DNA of 63,745 nt, filler included, from Basidioascus undulatus (Eukaryota): NCBI GenBank assembly GCA_000826855.1. It is 5 parts of 5 records of this genome, joined end to end, with 100 filler letters (N's around TTAATTAATTAA, not from the genome) between each part and the next. Parts side by side here need not be neighbours in the genome. Positions count along the whole stretch, not along the records: positions 1 to 12,685 come from JTLS01000883.1; 4 more parts are not named here. The stretch is one strand, 5' to 3'. Within the stretch, counting starts at the first letter, position 1; every line of letters starts with the position of its first letter. The notes under the pieces were generated by a model. The model was not told the DNA's origin, did not search any database, and was given only the letters and a program-made list of their open reading frames with translations. Below are positions 1-12,785 of this stretch, one piece after another. The translations under genes were made by a program, and so were the position numbers.

Positions 1-3000
1 CCGTCCAGCTCCTCCTCTCGCCGCTCGACGCCGTACACGCCGCCGCTCTGGCGTTCGTTCGCGAGGCGCTCGACGCTTACTCGCGCTCGGACGCGCTGCG
101 CGAGCTGCTCATGCACTCGCCGACGGCCGTCCTCGACGGCATCTGCGAGTTCATCCAGACGTTCAACCGCACCGCGAACGAGATGCTCGAGGCGACCAAC
201 ATGGCCAAGTGGATGGTCCGCTGCTTCGCCGACGTTATCGAGAACCTCTGCTCGCCCACTGAGGGCCTCCTCGAGCGCGAGCTCCGCGACGTCCAGGACG
301 TCCCGCGTCGCATTTTTCGTTTCTGGTCCGGCACATGCGAGGCGAACGGCATCATCTTCTTGCAATCGCAGAAATGGGCACCTCTCTTCGCGAACAACGT
401 CATGTGGATAGTCCTTCTCATTCTGACCGACGACCTCGATTTGCTGACAGGATGTACAGGACCGAGTGGATGCGCGACGCCATCATTCTCGCGCGCGAAA
501 TGCTCGGCCACTTCAAGACGTTCGAGCGCGCCCTCACGCAGACCGACGCACCCTACGACCCTCTCGCACCGTCGCCGGCTAAGATCAGCAACAACGGCCT
601 GAAGATGGTGCGTACTCGCAGTCGTAACATGCATGCTGTCGTCGCTGAATCAGGGCGTCACAGGTTGCCAAGCTCGACGAGACGCTGCGGCATCTTATCG
701 GCTGGCTTCGCCTCACCGAGACCGAGCTCCTCTACCAGTCCTACCAGCTCGTCATCTCCATGCTCGAGCGATTCGTCAAGAGCGACGTCAAGCCTTCGAC
801 CGATCTGATCGAGACTCTACAGGTACGGAATCCTTTTTATTTTGCGACGCTCTCTCAAGCTCACAGTCTGCCATCGTGACCACAGAAATTCGGCAAGAAG
901 AAGAAGGGCTACGGACCGAAGCTTTCTCCGGCCGATCTGCTCGTCCTCCAGGACAACATCTCGGCTTGGGTCACGGACGTCAGCGACGACGACGTTACCA
1001 TCGTCGAGCGTTCGACAGCCTCCGCCCGCTCGAGCGCCCGACCGTCGCCGGCATCGTCGACCTCTCCCGCACCTTCTTCCGCTCGCGCGCCCGCAGCCCG
1101 GCCCACGTCGAGCAAGGCGTTCACTTCCGCACCCAAGCCGACGTCGTCGCTAGTGCGGAACGGCGACATCGCCTCGTACTTCCGCGAGAAGGCCGCGGCC
1201 GCGCAGCCCAAGCCGGCCGTCCCGAAGATGCAGCCGCGCGACAAGGCGCACCCGTTCATGCAGGAGAAGCGCCCGGAGGCACCAGCGAAGGGCAAGGCGG
1301 CAGTTCCCTCGAAGCCCCCGAAGCGTCCTTTCGTCGCGTCGACAAACCTTACGTACGCCGGCAACAAGCGCCGGCGCGACAACGCCGCCTCCAGCGACGG
1401 CTCGTCAAGTTCGGACGAGGACGGAGGGCTGGCCTGCGTCGCGGCCGTCCAGCGCGAGCCAAAGCTCAACAAGCCGCGGACCGAGGGTCGTCGCCAGGTC
1501 ATGATGCTCGACGCGGACGGAGGAGCGCGCACCGCTTTGCAGCGCGTGCAGGACCAGCAGCAGCAGCTCCATCGCCGCCGCCTGCGGCTGACGCCCGATC
1601 TGGGCGAGCTGCATCGGCAGATCCTGCATTGGAACTTCGACGACGCGGACAGCGACCCGCCGTGGATGTCGAAGGAGCGTCTCCGCCGCGTTCCGGACTA
1701 CTTCGCGTCGCCGAAAGACTACAACGACATCATGGAGCCGCTCCTCATGCTCGAGTGCTGGCAACAGCTCGCGCAGGCCAAGGAGGAGATCGCGCGCACG
1801 GACGTGATTGCGTGCGAGCTCGCCGGACGCGCATTCGTCGACGACTGGCTCGAGGTCCACTTCTCGATCAAGAGCGGCATTCCGCAGGGCTGGTATATCA
1901 ACGACGTCGACGTCGTCCTCCTCACCCAGGCGAGCTCGCGCCCGGGCCAGAAGCCGATTCGCGTCATCGCGAAGGTCGTCAACTTTGCGCGGCGCCCAGA
2001 CGACATCCAGACGAAGGTCCGGCTCGCCAACACGGCGATAGCGACGCCTCAGGTGTTCGCGGAGCGCACGCAATGGAGATTGGTGCGTCGTGCTTTTACT
2101 TTTTCAACGGAAATTATACCGAACCGCCGTTCTACAGCAAAAATTATTCAGGTACGGGAGCGCGAGCCCACGCCCATTTCCAATCCGTAGAATGACTGAA
2201 ACTCGCATTGACAGCCTGAGCACCATCCATCGCGAATACGCGGCTCTTCGCGGAGTGCAGTACTACGACCTCGCCGACCAGTACGACAGAAGCTCCTCTC
2301 CTTGGTTCGACAGTCCGCTGACCTTTAGCTGCTCCACGCCAGGGTCTACAACCCTCATCTGGACGCCAAGCGTCTTCTGCAGAAGAGCGACGTCGATAAC
2401 GCGATGCGGAACCTCCAGCTCAACGAACCGCAAGCGAAGGCCGTCCTCTCGTCGATGCACCCTCAGTCCAAAGGTTTCTCGCTTATTCAAGGGTACGCGC
2501 TCACCTTGCCGCCGCATGCTCTCGCTGTCGTGCGGTTACTGACTGCGTATCTCAGGCCGCCCGGTACCGGCAAGACCAAGACGATCCTCGGTCTCGTCGC
2601 CAAGTTCATCAGCAGCCGCCCGACGCCCATCGCCGCGCCCGACCGCTCCGGGAAGTCGCAGAAGAGCGAACCGGACCCCCCTCCCAAACTCCTCGTCTGT
2701 GCTCCAAGTAACGCGGCAATCGACGAGATCGCGCGTCGCCTCAAAGATCCGATCCGCGGCGCGCGCGGCCAGATGCTCAAGGTCAACGTCGTCCGCATCG
2801 GCGCCGAGTCGAGCATGAACGTCTCCGTCAAGGACATCTCGCTCGACGAGCTGGTCGACCAGAAGCTCAACGCGGCGGACCTCGGCGACAGCAACACCGA
2901 CGGCGCTCCAGCCACGCTCGCCGCTCTCCGGGCGGAGATGGACGGTGTCCGCCAGGAGATCAACGCGAAGCACGCCGAGATCGACAGTCTCGAGGGCAAC

Positions 3001-4989
3001 TCAACGCGTCGCGACTCTGCCGTAGCGGACCTGAACGCGCTGAAGGCGAGACGCGCGACCCTCTCGACCAAGATCGACGCTGCGCGCGACAAGCACACCT
3101 CGTCGAATCGCGCACGCGACGCCGCGCGCCGAAAGTACCGCATGGAGGTCTTGCTCGAGGCCGACGTGATCTGCTCGACGCTGTCGGGCGCTGGGCACGA
3201 AGTCCTCGGCCAGCTGCCCTTCGGCTTCGACACGGTCATCATCGACGAGGCTGCCCAGGCGATCGAGTTGAGCACGCTGATCCCGCTCAAGTACGGGTGC
3301 CAGCGAGCAATTCTCGTCGGAGGTACGTTCGTCTTGACCTTGCTGAGATTGTGCCAGAGGCTCATCTCACGCTCCTTAATCTAGATCCTCATCAGCTACC
3401 GTGAGATGCAACGTCCGAGCCGTTCAGCTGCTGAATAGATTCGCTTACTTCTGTTTCGCGCAGTCCCACGGTTCTTTCGACGACCGCCACCGACTTCAAC
3501 TACTCGCAGAGTCTCTTCGTGCGGCTGATGAAGCAGAAGGAGGACGCCGTCCATCTTCTGAGCATCCAGTACCGCATGCACCCCGAGATCAGCGTACTCC
3601 CGAGCAAGCTCTTCTACGAGTCTCGTCTGTCCGATGGCCCGCAGATGGTAGAGAAGACAAAGCAGCCATGGCACGCGAGTCCGCTGTTCGGTAAATGAAC
3701 ACGCCGCGCGCTCCTGGTGGTGGGACACGTCGGCTGACCAGGGCAATTCACACGTCAGGCGTCTACAAGTTCTTCGACGTCGCTCATGGCGGCGAGCAGC
3801 AAGCTCGCGGACACTCCCTCATCAACACCGCCGAGGCCGACCTGGCCGCCTCGCTCTACCATCGCCTCATGGGCGAGTACGGCGACAAGACGTCGCTGGA
3901 CTATCGCGTGGCTGTCGTGACGATGTAGTACGTGTTGCATCTGGCCCGATTCACGACCTCGACTGATGAATGCTTCTTTCGATCAACAGTAAGGAGCAAG
4001 TGTTCGAGCTCAAGCGCCGTTTCCGGTCTCGGTTCGGCCAGGACGTGCTATCGAAGGTCGACATCAACACGGTCGATGGTTTCCAGGGCCAGGAGAAGAC
4101 AGTCATCATTCTCTCCTGTGTCCGCGGCGGCCCGAACGTCCAGAGCATTGGTTTCCTCGGCGACAAGCGGCGCATGAACGTCGCGCTCACTCGCTCCCAA
4201 TCGTCTCTCTTCGTCCTCGGACACGCCGCGACGCTCGAGCGCTCACATCCCACGTGGCGCACCATCGTACAAGATGCGCGTGAACGCGGCTTCCTCGTCA
4301 AGGTTTGTCCATCCTCTTACTCTTCCTCTTCAAGCCGTTCTTATAATTTGGTCTCCGCCCACAGTGCCCGCAGGGCTATTTCTCTGGTCCTGCGAACAAG
4401 GCCCCCGTCGTTCACGCCGCACCGCCCAAGGGTCCGAAGAAGCAGCAGCTGCCGAAGGGCCCGGCCGCGATGCAACCGCCGAAAGGCCCGGCCGCGATGC
4501 AGCCGCCTCCCGATCTTATCTTGCTCGGAGGTCCGAAGCCTTCGCCAAGCGGCGCACAGAAGCGCCTGTCTGCGCAGCCATTATCACCGAGCACTAAGAA
4601 GCCTCGCATCGGGGACGACGCCGCGGCGTCGAGCGACGGCGCGTCCGGGGCGGAGGCGCGTTCGACGAACGCTTCCTCGCCCATGGTCATCGACATCGAT
4701 GGAGACCAGGAGACGTCTGGGCCTCTCCCTGCTTCCGACGCGCCGAACATGCCTTCGCCTGCCGAGGCAAGTCGTCCTCATCATGGAACCGGCGGCCCCG
4801 GCGTCGCTCGAGCACCGGGTGGGCCTCCGCAGGCGCGTCCGCCTATGAAGAAGAAGGCCGCGCCCACGCTCTTCATACCCAGAAAGCCTGTCGTGAGTCG
4901 CAATTGTGTACTTTCAGGTCAGCTTGCTGACCCACTTCATCGTTTCGCAGCGCAAACCCAACGCCAGTGGACCTTCGCGACCGCCCTGA
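1..4989 (+). CDS. SEN1: SEN1/senataxin-like SF1 RNA/DNA helicase (5'-truncated, multi-exon)
   Basis: Spliced motifs FSLIQG|PPGTGKTKT (Walker A), LLVCAPSNAAIDE, VICSTLSG, IIDEAAQ, LSIQYRMHP, INTVDGFQGQEK and RRMNVALTRS. Upstream LSTIHREY and 'YNDIMEPLLMLECWQQL' blocks are typical of Sen1. Stop TGA at 4987-4989 follows the last intron (4893-4950). Confidence 0.93.
4451..4507 (+). repeat. 27-bp tandem duplication encoding (PKGPAAMQP)x2 in the SEN1 C-terminal tail
   Basis: gccgaagggcccggccgcgatgcaacc / gccgaaaggcccggccgcgatgcagcc. Confidence 0.8.
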
Positions 4990-5289
4990 ACGCTCGACGC
5001 TTTGGACTCTGGTCGCTTTGACTCCCTCTTTCGTTTCGCGTTCATGACACTTCTTCCCTGCCCCTTCATGATTTTACATTTCTTGACAACACCGCATATC
5101 CCTCAAACCGCATATTAGCATCGCAAGCATATCAATACATCACATTAGACCGTCCTTCTTACATAGCGAACCACACATGATGAATGAAGCTGCAACCACA
5201 ACTTCGCGAGTCGCGACAGTATATCTGACCAAGAGCTACCAAAAAGAATGAGTGCATGAGCTCAACAAACGCCCCTGATGGTGGGTCGT

Positions 5290-6874
5290 TCAGTGGCGGT
5301 CGAGAAGAGACTGCCTGCGAGGCTGACCCTCCAACGAGACCGAGCTGAGCGGACGGCCAGCCGTCGGCGACCCGGGCTGCTCGAGAACCTCGCCAGGAAC
5401 CATGCCCTCGCGTCCGGTCTGGAGCGAACGAACCATGCTCCACCCGTCCGAGAAACGCTTCAGAACGCACACTCGCTCCCCCGCCTGCACGTCGAGCTCG
5501 TCGGAAGCTGTCGGATCGAAAGCAGCGAGGATCTTGACGCTGCCTGGCGCGAGCCCCGATGCCAACGCGGGCGGCGGGAGGGCGGGGCTGGGACCGGCCG
5601 ACGCTAGGTTCCGGACGACGGAGGTGGTCGGCTCCGGGATGAGGGCAGGAGCGGGGGCGGGAGTGGGTGCGGAGTTGGGAGCGGGCGTCGCGGTGCGCTG
5701 GAACACCCCGCCGATCGGGATCGACGCCATCTGACCGTACGGCGGCTCGCCGTAAGGCGTCGCGGACGGCGGCGGTGGCGCGAAGAATGCCGGAGTCTGG
5801 GACGGCGGCGGCGGCAGCGCGTTGTACGAATCGGCGAAGTGGGCGGGCGGCATCGGCGGGGACGGAAGATGGTCCTCGTAGCTTCGCGGCTGCATCACGT
5901 TCTCGCGCGAGACGCTCCCTCCGCCATCACTAGATGCGCCAAACGAGCGGACCGTCCCCGTGCGCTGCAGGGTCGAGTCCTTCTCGCCGACGCCCCGGAT
6001 GGCTGGGAAGGGGTTGTGCGTGTCCTGTCAGGCCAAAAGTCAGTCGCAGGTTTAGGTAGAACCGAACGAAGGACGGTGAACTACGTCGCCGTAGAAGTCG
6101 TTAATGTCCTGGATCTCCTGGATCTCGTTGCGCTTGCGCGCGCGACGCACGAGGAGCTTCTTGATCAGCACGAAGAGGCTGCAGGTGGTGCAAGGCGTCA
6201 GCATCTTTCCCGCAATTTCCCCGATATTGAGTCTTACGCGATGCCGAGTACAATGGCGCCCATGATGGGAAGTATCACGGTGAGGCTCTTCTCGGTGTTG
6301 CTCTTGTTCCTCCATCCCGAGTCGTTGGATGGAGTCGAAGTCGCCTTAGCCGAAACGGTCGAGGTGATGTTCCCGCGCGCGGTCCCGGTCCCGGTGCTGC
6401 TGCCCGTGTCGGTAGAGAAGTCGGACGTCGGCGTGGGCGTGCTCGACGCGGAGTCGCTGGTGGAAAACGCGCTCGAATCGCTCGCCGAAGTCATCCGCGA
6501 GCTCGATGTCGTGCTCTCAGCGGATGACAACGCGCTCTTCGCGGTGGCCGAAGAGTTGGATCGCGCGTTCGAAGACGACGAAGTTTCGCTCTCGGCGGAC
6601 GAAGAGGCGGCCGACGAAGCAGCGGAGCTGGCCCGCTCCGAGGCGCTCGTAGTCTCGCGAGCAGAAGAGGTTACGGGGGCGGCGGTGGTTGTAACTGAAG
6701 CAGCCCTAGTCGTCGGCTCGGCCGAGGCCGAACGCGTCGCTTCGGTTGCTGTAGAAGTATCCTCCTGCCCTCGCATGGTCGGTAGCTGTCCGACGATCTG
6801 CGTTTGGAGGCTGGACTCACCTGACGCTGGACGAGCCGTTGGTGCGGCGTGCGCCGGACACGTTGAAGAACCAT
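5290..6874 (-). CDS. Single-pass membrane protein with Ser/Thr-rich ectodomain, TM helix, Pro-rich linker and C-terminal SH3 domain (Fus1-like architecture)
   Basis: Exon 1 MVLQRVRRTPHQRLVQRQ|gtgagt; S/T-rich ORF 6234-6776; TM VILPIMGAIVLGIA..LFVLI followed by KKLLVRRARKR; SH3 'AFDPTASDELDVQAGERVCVLKRFSDGWSMVRSLQTGREGMVP'. Confidence 0.8.
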
Positions 6875-8174
6875 GATTGAGTCGGGGATGGTAGATGAGA
6901 GAACGAATACGAGAACGATGGCGCAGATTACCCGCTAAGGGCAGGAGCGGACGACTCGAGCAGAAAAGAGCGTGGAGGTGTAACGAGCGTAGGCGGAAGG
7001 GTCAGTCGAGACGAAATGAACAAGGTAGGGGATGCAGCGCTGACGCCGCTGTGAGGAGAATGACGGTTATGGACGAAGGGAAGAATGGAGCAAGGCCCAG
7101 CCAGGCGCAGACGTGATTGCGAAAACGAGGGGCAGCAAGAGCGTGCAAAGGGGTGAGCGGCGGTACGGGAAGAGCCCCGAACGATGATTTTGATTTCGAA
7201 GGGATCGAAAGGTCTGCCCGACAATAAATCGAGATCGTCAGGAACATGGCCGTTCCAGGCGCAAAGTGAGGTTGCGCAGCGAAGGAGGATCATCAAAGAA
7301 GGGGGGCTGCGGAACGACAGTTAGACGGCGGAGGGAGAGGAGATCCGCCACTGCTCCCGCGCAGATGTTTGTGACAGATGCCTTCTGGTTCTGAAACGCC
7401 GAAGCAGCTTCATACAACTTTTGGTGCTCAATGCTCTTGGAATACAATGAAATCACTGAAATCACTGTGTTACGTCCCATATGCAAAATAATGCGTCCGC
7501 TGTGAGGCGGGTAAGTTCCGAGATGCAAACTGATGAACAGGCTCTACAAAGCCAACAAGCGCACACGCTCACAATGGTTCGTGCTCACATCGCAGGCCAC
7601 CCACAACCACCCATATGCCCCAGCAGTGCAACCTGGCGTCTGTGAAATGTATGCATCTTCCACAGTTGAGTAGTGGGACTAAGTCCTCCACCAGCAGGAA
7701 GGGGATGGCATGCCGCACGCAGTGGTTACGACTGCCATTCATTAGAATGTACAGTGATGTGACGAGGCAGCTGTTGTGCATCATCATTATCCCTCTACTT
7801 TACATATAAGTTCCAGAAGCGTGTTTTCGCACTGCATCTGGAAAGACAGAGTTGTCACAGGCTGCACATTCTAGAGCGTTTCTTGTACTCGTTAAGTATG
7901 CTACGATTATATGTAGACTGCGACTCACTCTCATATACCCTTCTGGCTTTGCAGAGCATTGCTAGGACGTAACTCAGCGGCAGTCCTTCAAGCTGTTCGC
8001 TCTATGAGGGCGTTTTGCTTGCCTGATTCGACCGACTCGCTGCAAAGCCTCTCTTTCTCACGAACAGTTTGGTATTACCTACTACTTACTGTTGCTTCGA
8101 CGGCTACGTTTTATTATGCATCATTGGCGCGTGTTCAGGAACACCACGGCATCAAACTGAACGCAAGTAGTGTT

Positions 8175-8790
8175 TTAGACGACCTCCGCGGTCGCCTGCG
8201 CCCAGGTGACCGAGTCCCAATCCTTGTCGGCATAAACGCAAAATTCAGCCTGTACACCCTCGTTGTGTTAAGTAGAAGACCGAAGACCGCCATGGCGACT
8301 CACAGTACGTGTAGTCGCGCCAGACGCCTCCGGCGTTGGTATCGTGCATCGCGGCAAACGACGACGTGATGACCCCCCGCTTGACGCTCGGGACAGCTTC
8401 AACAGTACGAAGGACGATCAAAGTCCCATTAATTGTGGGGAGAAGGAGATCTTCTTGACGGAGGAGATGTTGAAGGTGAAAGGGGAGGCGGTGTGCAGCA
8501 CGTAGTCGGCCCCTTCAGCCAATCGAGAGTTAAAATCTCCCCTTTCCGAAAGAGGGAGAAAATAAGCGTACCTTTGAATGCTTCAGATAGGCCACTGCTC
8601 GCGATGTCATCCACCACTGTTACCTCGAGGAGAGACGAGTACTGCGGGAACGCAGCGATGACAGCCTTCCCTTTCGCCTCGCTGCGTACAGTGCTGCAGA
8701 CGCGATACTCGCGTGAGAGGAGCGCGTTGAGGATGTGCGCGGCTAGAAAGCCGGAACATTCCGTAACATATTCAACGTCGTAGGCTCAGA
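8175..8790 (-). pseudogene. NAD-dependent epimerase/dehydratase (GRE2/aldehyde reductase II-like) pseudogene, 3' half missing
   Basis: The minus strand reads VTECSGFLAAHILNALLSREYRVCSTVRS..VVDDIAS..|GADYVLHTASPFTF..(frameshift near 8455)..EDLLLPTINGTLIVLR..PSVKRGVITSSFAAM..|DKDWDSVTW. The first Gly of the GxxGxxA motif is Glu and there is no intact start. Confidence 0.8.
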
Positions 8791-9339
8791 CACATATGTG
8801 AAGAGTGGGAGGCGGTATACGTACGACAAGCAGCGGGGAAGCTGCAATGGTCATCTCGGCAAGAGGCGATGATGCGTTGGAAGCCTTATGGAAGTCACGG
8901 TTGAGGGCGGGAACAAGTGGGCTCGGTGGGGCTCGGTGGATTGGGACAGTGAGAAACTGCTGGAGCTTAAACAAGAAAGCTGTCTTGCGTTCATGCGAAA
9001 GTATTGGTGTGACTGGTTGAAGAGAGGTTGCTGCAGTTCAGCACTGCACTAACGCGCCTCCGCGCGGCTGCGCGCGGGATTATCGTGGCTACGAGGGATC
9101 TCAAGCTGCTTTTCTTTCCCACTGAGGATACGAGCGCCTCGAAGGGCAATAAAATGATTTTATTCGTATCATATTTGGTGGAGAGAACCAGCTAGACAGA
9201 CAAGTCCGTCCTTCTACTGAGGCGAAGTGAGAAGACAAGCACGTCTTGAAAGAATCCCCATCGAGGTGTAAGTTCGTTTGTTTCAGGAGAGCGACTATGA
9301 GCGAACTCACTCTCATCAGGCCGCCAGTGACACAAACAC

Positions 9340-11665
9340 TGTCGTCGTTGACCTAGCTCCCACGGGCGAACGACTGACTCGTACGGCAAGGACTACAGCC
9401 GCCTTTTGACTTCTCTCACTTCGAGTCGAACGAGTAGTAGGCGCAGGACTTCCGTCTTCAATGAGAAGGCAATTGACTGCTCAGGCTTTTCGGACTGCAG
9501 CTACCCGGAGCTCCTCGGCGAGGACTTTTACCGCAAAGACCTCAAGCCGTACCGCGTCGTGCAGCCGGAAGGGGCTTCTTTCACTGCCACCGACAACGTG
9601 GTCAAGTGGCAGAAGTGGAGCTTCCGCGTTGGGTTCAACTGGCACGAAGGCCCGGTGCTGCACGATGACTGTGCGCATCGAGAACGCCCTACCACCGAAA
9701 GCAGGTAAATATTGAACTAATTATCAGAGCCAGTGGCCAGGAGGAGCCGGGCGGGGCGGCCAGGGATTGGAAGAGCCTGGCAGCTCGGTCGCCATCAGCT
9801 TCCCACCTGAATTTCGATCAACTGAACAATATTAATCTCTGACAGGCATTTGACCTTGGTGATGCTGGTGCCGGCTCCATGGCGTACGTGTCACGTTGCA
9901 GTATTCTCCCTCTCACACCCCTCTGACGACCGCAGAAACCCCTTCATCTCGGCTGCGACTGTGGGTAATACTGTACCATATACTCCAAACAACGAGGCTA
10001 ACTTTCAATCAAAGGCCTGGGATCCATCTACTACTTCTCGTTCATGCTAAACAACGGCCGCGGAGAGCCTGCTTTGGTCCGGAACGTGCTCTGCCTCCCC
10101 GAGCAAGACATTGGTATGTACTTCGCCACCATTTTCCACAAGGACTGGACTTTAACTGAAGTTTCGATCAGGTATCCTGTCCAAACACACCAACTTCCGC
10201 ACGGGCAACCCGGTCGTCACCCGCAATCGCGTCCTTGTCCTGCAGACCTTATGACCGTTGGCAAGTACGTATAGTCTCTATGCTTTCGCACAAAATACGT
10301 GCTGATTTTTTCTTTACTTTCAGGTACGAGTACGGCATCATAGCAAGGCACCATGGGATGCCTTATTCTGATCGTGCTTCATGACAGGTAAATCTTCGCT
10401 TTCAACTTCGATCAGGCGCACCTGGAGACTCGCGCGACTGGCATCCTCTCCTGCCAGCCCATCGAGTCAGAAAAGGTTAATTCGTACGGAAAAATTGGTC
10501 AGGCTTCCCCTTGCCAAACTCTCATCGAGTCGGCCGCTAATGTATCTCCTCGCTTCACACTCAACCCCGGCGTCTTCGCCCCCAACCACCAGCACATTTT
10601 CGTGGGTGCCTGTGATGCTGCCATCTTGTTTCATGCGCTGACCAACTTTATGACTTGGCAGAATGTTCAAGATCGACGTATGTACTCTTCATCAGTCCTT
10701 TGAGTGAGGGATTGCGTCTCATGCTGACATTGCCCTTCGACTGCAACCGTGCATCGATGGCCATTGTGAGCGCCTTTTTCTGAATAAGTCATGCGAAGAC
10801 AGCTCGCCATTTCCATCCAGACCGCAACACCATCGTACAGGAGGATTCGGTCACCGTGCCGAAGGGTCCGGAGAACCCGCACGGCAACGCGTACAAGGTC
10901 GTGAGAACGCTCAAGACAAACAGCTACGCCGGACCTGGACTCGCGCAAGAACCGGACTTTCAAGGTGCGCTTGGTACCGAGCTGGGATCCAGGACCCTTC
11001 AGGGTTAACGTGCATCTACTGGTCTCCAGATCGTCAATCCCAACAAGATCAACCCCGTCACCAAGACGCCCGTGTCGTACAACATCCACGCGCCCGAGAC
11101 GACCTTCCTCCTGTCCGACCCCGCTTCCACCGGCCACAAGCGCGCCGAGTTCGCGCAGCATCATGTGTGGGTGACGAAGCACAAGGACAAGGTACGCCTT
11201 GCCCAGCCTGCCCTGCGTGCGCTTTCCTCACTCCCGTACTGACAGTCGCGCCACCTTCGTTCGGCAGGAATTCTTCGCTGGCGGAGTGTACACGGCCCAT
11301 AACTACGGCAACGTCGACGCTCTCTACAACTGGATCAACCGCAAGGATCCGGTCGAGAACGCTGACCCGGTCGTCTGGCTCACCTACAGCCTCACCCACA
11401 ACGTGCGCTTTCACTCCTACCTCCTCACGCTTTCTGTCACCCATGCTCATATCCTACTTGTCATGTTCAGGTCCGAATCGAGGACTTCCCCGTCATGCTG
11501 GTGGAGATCCTCACGCTCTCGCTCAAGCCCAACGACTTCTTCACACGCTCGCCTGCGCTCGACGTTCCGCCCTCGAACCAGAAGTTCAACCAGAGCAGAC
11601 TCATCGACGGCGTACGAGGGTGTGCGGCATGGTATGCTGCATGCTGCAACTCGCCGCAAGCGTGA
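9340..11665 (+). pseudogene. Copper amine oxidase (TPQ-dependent) pseudogene; N-terminus lost
   Basis: DLKPYRVVQPEGASF..KWQKWSFRVGFN, AFDLGDAGAG, LGCDC, KHTNFRTG, TVG[K]YE[*]IF, ETRATGILS, PNHQHIF (Cu ligands), RAEFAQHHVWVT, DPVVWLTYSLTHN, EDFPVM..LKPNDFF. Frameshifts, an internal deletion after 'LHD', and in-frame TAA at 10389-10391. Confidence 0.9.
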
Positions 11666-12013
11666 AAATGTGGAACATCATGGTCTGTTTTCCAATCAAA
11701 ATCTTGAAGAAGCTCGTGCATTTATCGAAGAGTAAGTTGGCCCTTCCAGAGTGCGAGTATTCGTCGTGCCTTACAGATGGACGCCGGCGATCACCCCTGG
11801 AAGGCACTGCCTTCCCATGCTCGTCTTGGTCTGAGTCTGTATACGTAGTCTGCCTATGCAAGCTCGGGTCCAGGTGGTAAAGTGTATGCGCAGAGACCGG
11901 CCGCTGACAGCCAGTGTACCATGAAGTGCATATGAAGCGTACGAAATACAACAAGCGCGTTGGCCCAGCCAAACGCGAACAGTAGTACATACTCTCCCTC
12001 TCTCCTCTCCCCA

Positions 12014-12685
12014 CTATCGCCCGACCTTCTCCCGAATCTGCGCGCCGCGCATCTTCTCCTTCAAGTATGCCAGTCGTGAACGATAGCGGTCCTCGACCGC
12101 GCGCTTGCGCATCCGAATCCCCTCCAGCTCGTCCTCCACGCGGCGGTACTTCTCCTCCTCGCTGGCATCCACGTCCGAAGACGCGTAGCTCGTGCCGGCG
12201 TAGCTAGACGGGGCGGCGTGGTACGACGATGGCGCGCGGTTGCTGAACCGGGAGGAGATGGGGAGCTGCGCTGGGGGCGCGGGGGGCGGGGAGAGGGTGT
12301 TTGTTCTGCGGGGTGCCCGCGGGGAGGTGGTAGTGGAGGTAGGGGAGTCTCCGGCTGAACCGACTAGCGTCCAGTCCTCCTCCCCCACGGCGCTCCCGTC
12401 CGCATGGCGCGCCCCGCCGACACCCTCTCCCGCGCGTGCGCGGCGTACCGCCGCGCGCTCGAGCCCCGCGAACGTCTCGCGCACGCGCGCGGCTTCCGAC
12501 TCGAGAGCGGCGATCTCGGTGCGCAGCTGCGCGGAGGACTTGGAGTCGTCCTCTGGGGAGGGCTGGAGGTGGTGGTGGGAGTGGGAGGGGGGGCGGCGGG
12601 AGGAGGAGGAAGCGAGGGAGGAGCCGGAGGACTTGCGGGGAAAATGGGAGTGCGAGTGCGAGAGCGAGAGGGAGAGGGAGAAACA
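12014..12685 (-). CDS. 3' part of a hypothetical coiled-coil protein (truncated at contig end)
   Basis: Open reading frame with coding-like codon use ending EEEKYRRVEDELEGIRMRKRAVEDRYRSRLAYLKEKMRGAQIREKVGR*. Confidence 0.65.
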   Translation of the reverse strand, partial: CFSLSLSLSHSHSHFPRKSSGSSLASSSSRRPPSHSHHHLQPSPEDDSKSSAQLRTEIAALESEAARVRETFAGLERAAVRRARAGEGVGGARHADGSAVGEEDWTLVGSAGDSPTSTTTSPRAPRRTNTLSPPPAPPAQLPISSRFSNRAPSSYHAAPSSYAGTSYASSDVDASEEEKYRRVEDELEGIRMRKRAVEDRYRSRLAYLKEKMRGAQIREKVGR

Positions 12686-12785
12686 NNNNNNNNNNNNNNN
12701 NNNNNNNNNNNNNNNNNNNNNNNNNNNNNTTAATTAATTAANNNNNNNNNNNNNNNNNNNNNNNNNNNNNNNNNNNNNNNNNNNN
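12686..12785. other. Artificial contig spacer (N44-TTAATTAATTAA-N44)
   Basis: Exactly 100 nt; the 12-mer puts stop codons in all six frames. Confidence 0.98.

Noticed and set aside
633..2195. 520-aa Arg-rich ORF overlapping SEN1
   Set aside because: It is an alternative frame in high-GC coding sequence and runs through introns.
5839..6876. 345-aa plus-strand ORF, and similar long antisense ORFs (2487-3365, 51072-51812, 61946-62878)
   Set aside because: These are shadow frames of real GC-rich genes on the opposite strand, with no domain signal.
7400..7950. CpG-poor stretch with short ORFs as a transposon (similar stretches at 24400-25200 and 26200-26800)
   Set aside because: No recognisable transposase, RT, terminal repeats or target-site duplication.
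8175..11665. Divergent reductase + amine oxidase pair as an active amine catabolic cluster
   Set aside because: Both genes are broken. The pairing may be ancestral but cannot be supported from this sequence alone.
12730..12741. Regularly spaced TTAATTAATTAA palindromes (also at about 25517, 38304 and 51068) as a biological repeat or recombination site
   Set aside because: They are embedded in N pads of fixed length and are a synthetic six-frame stop linker.
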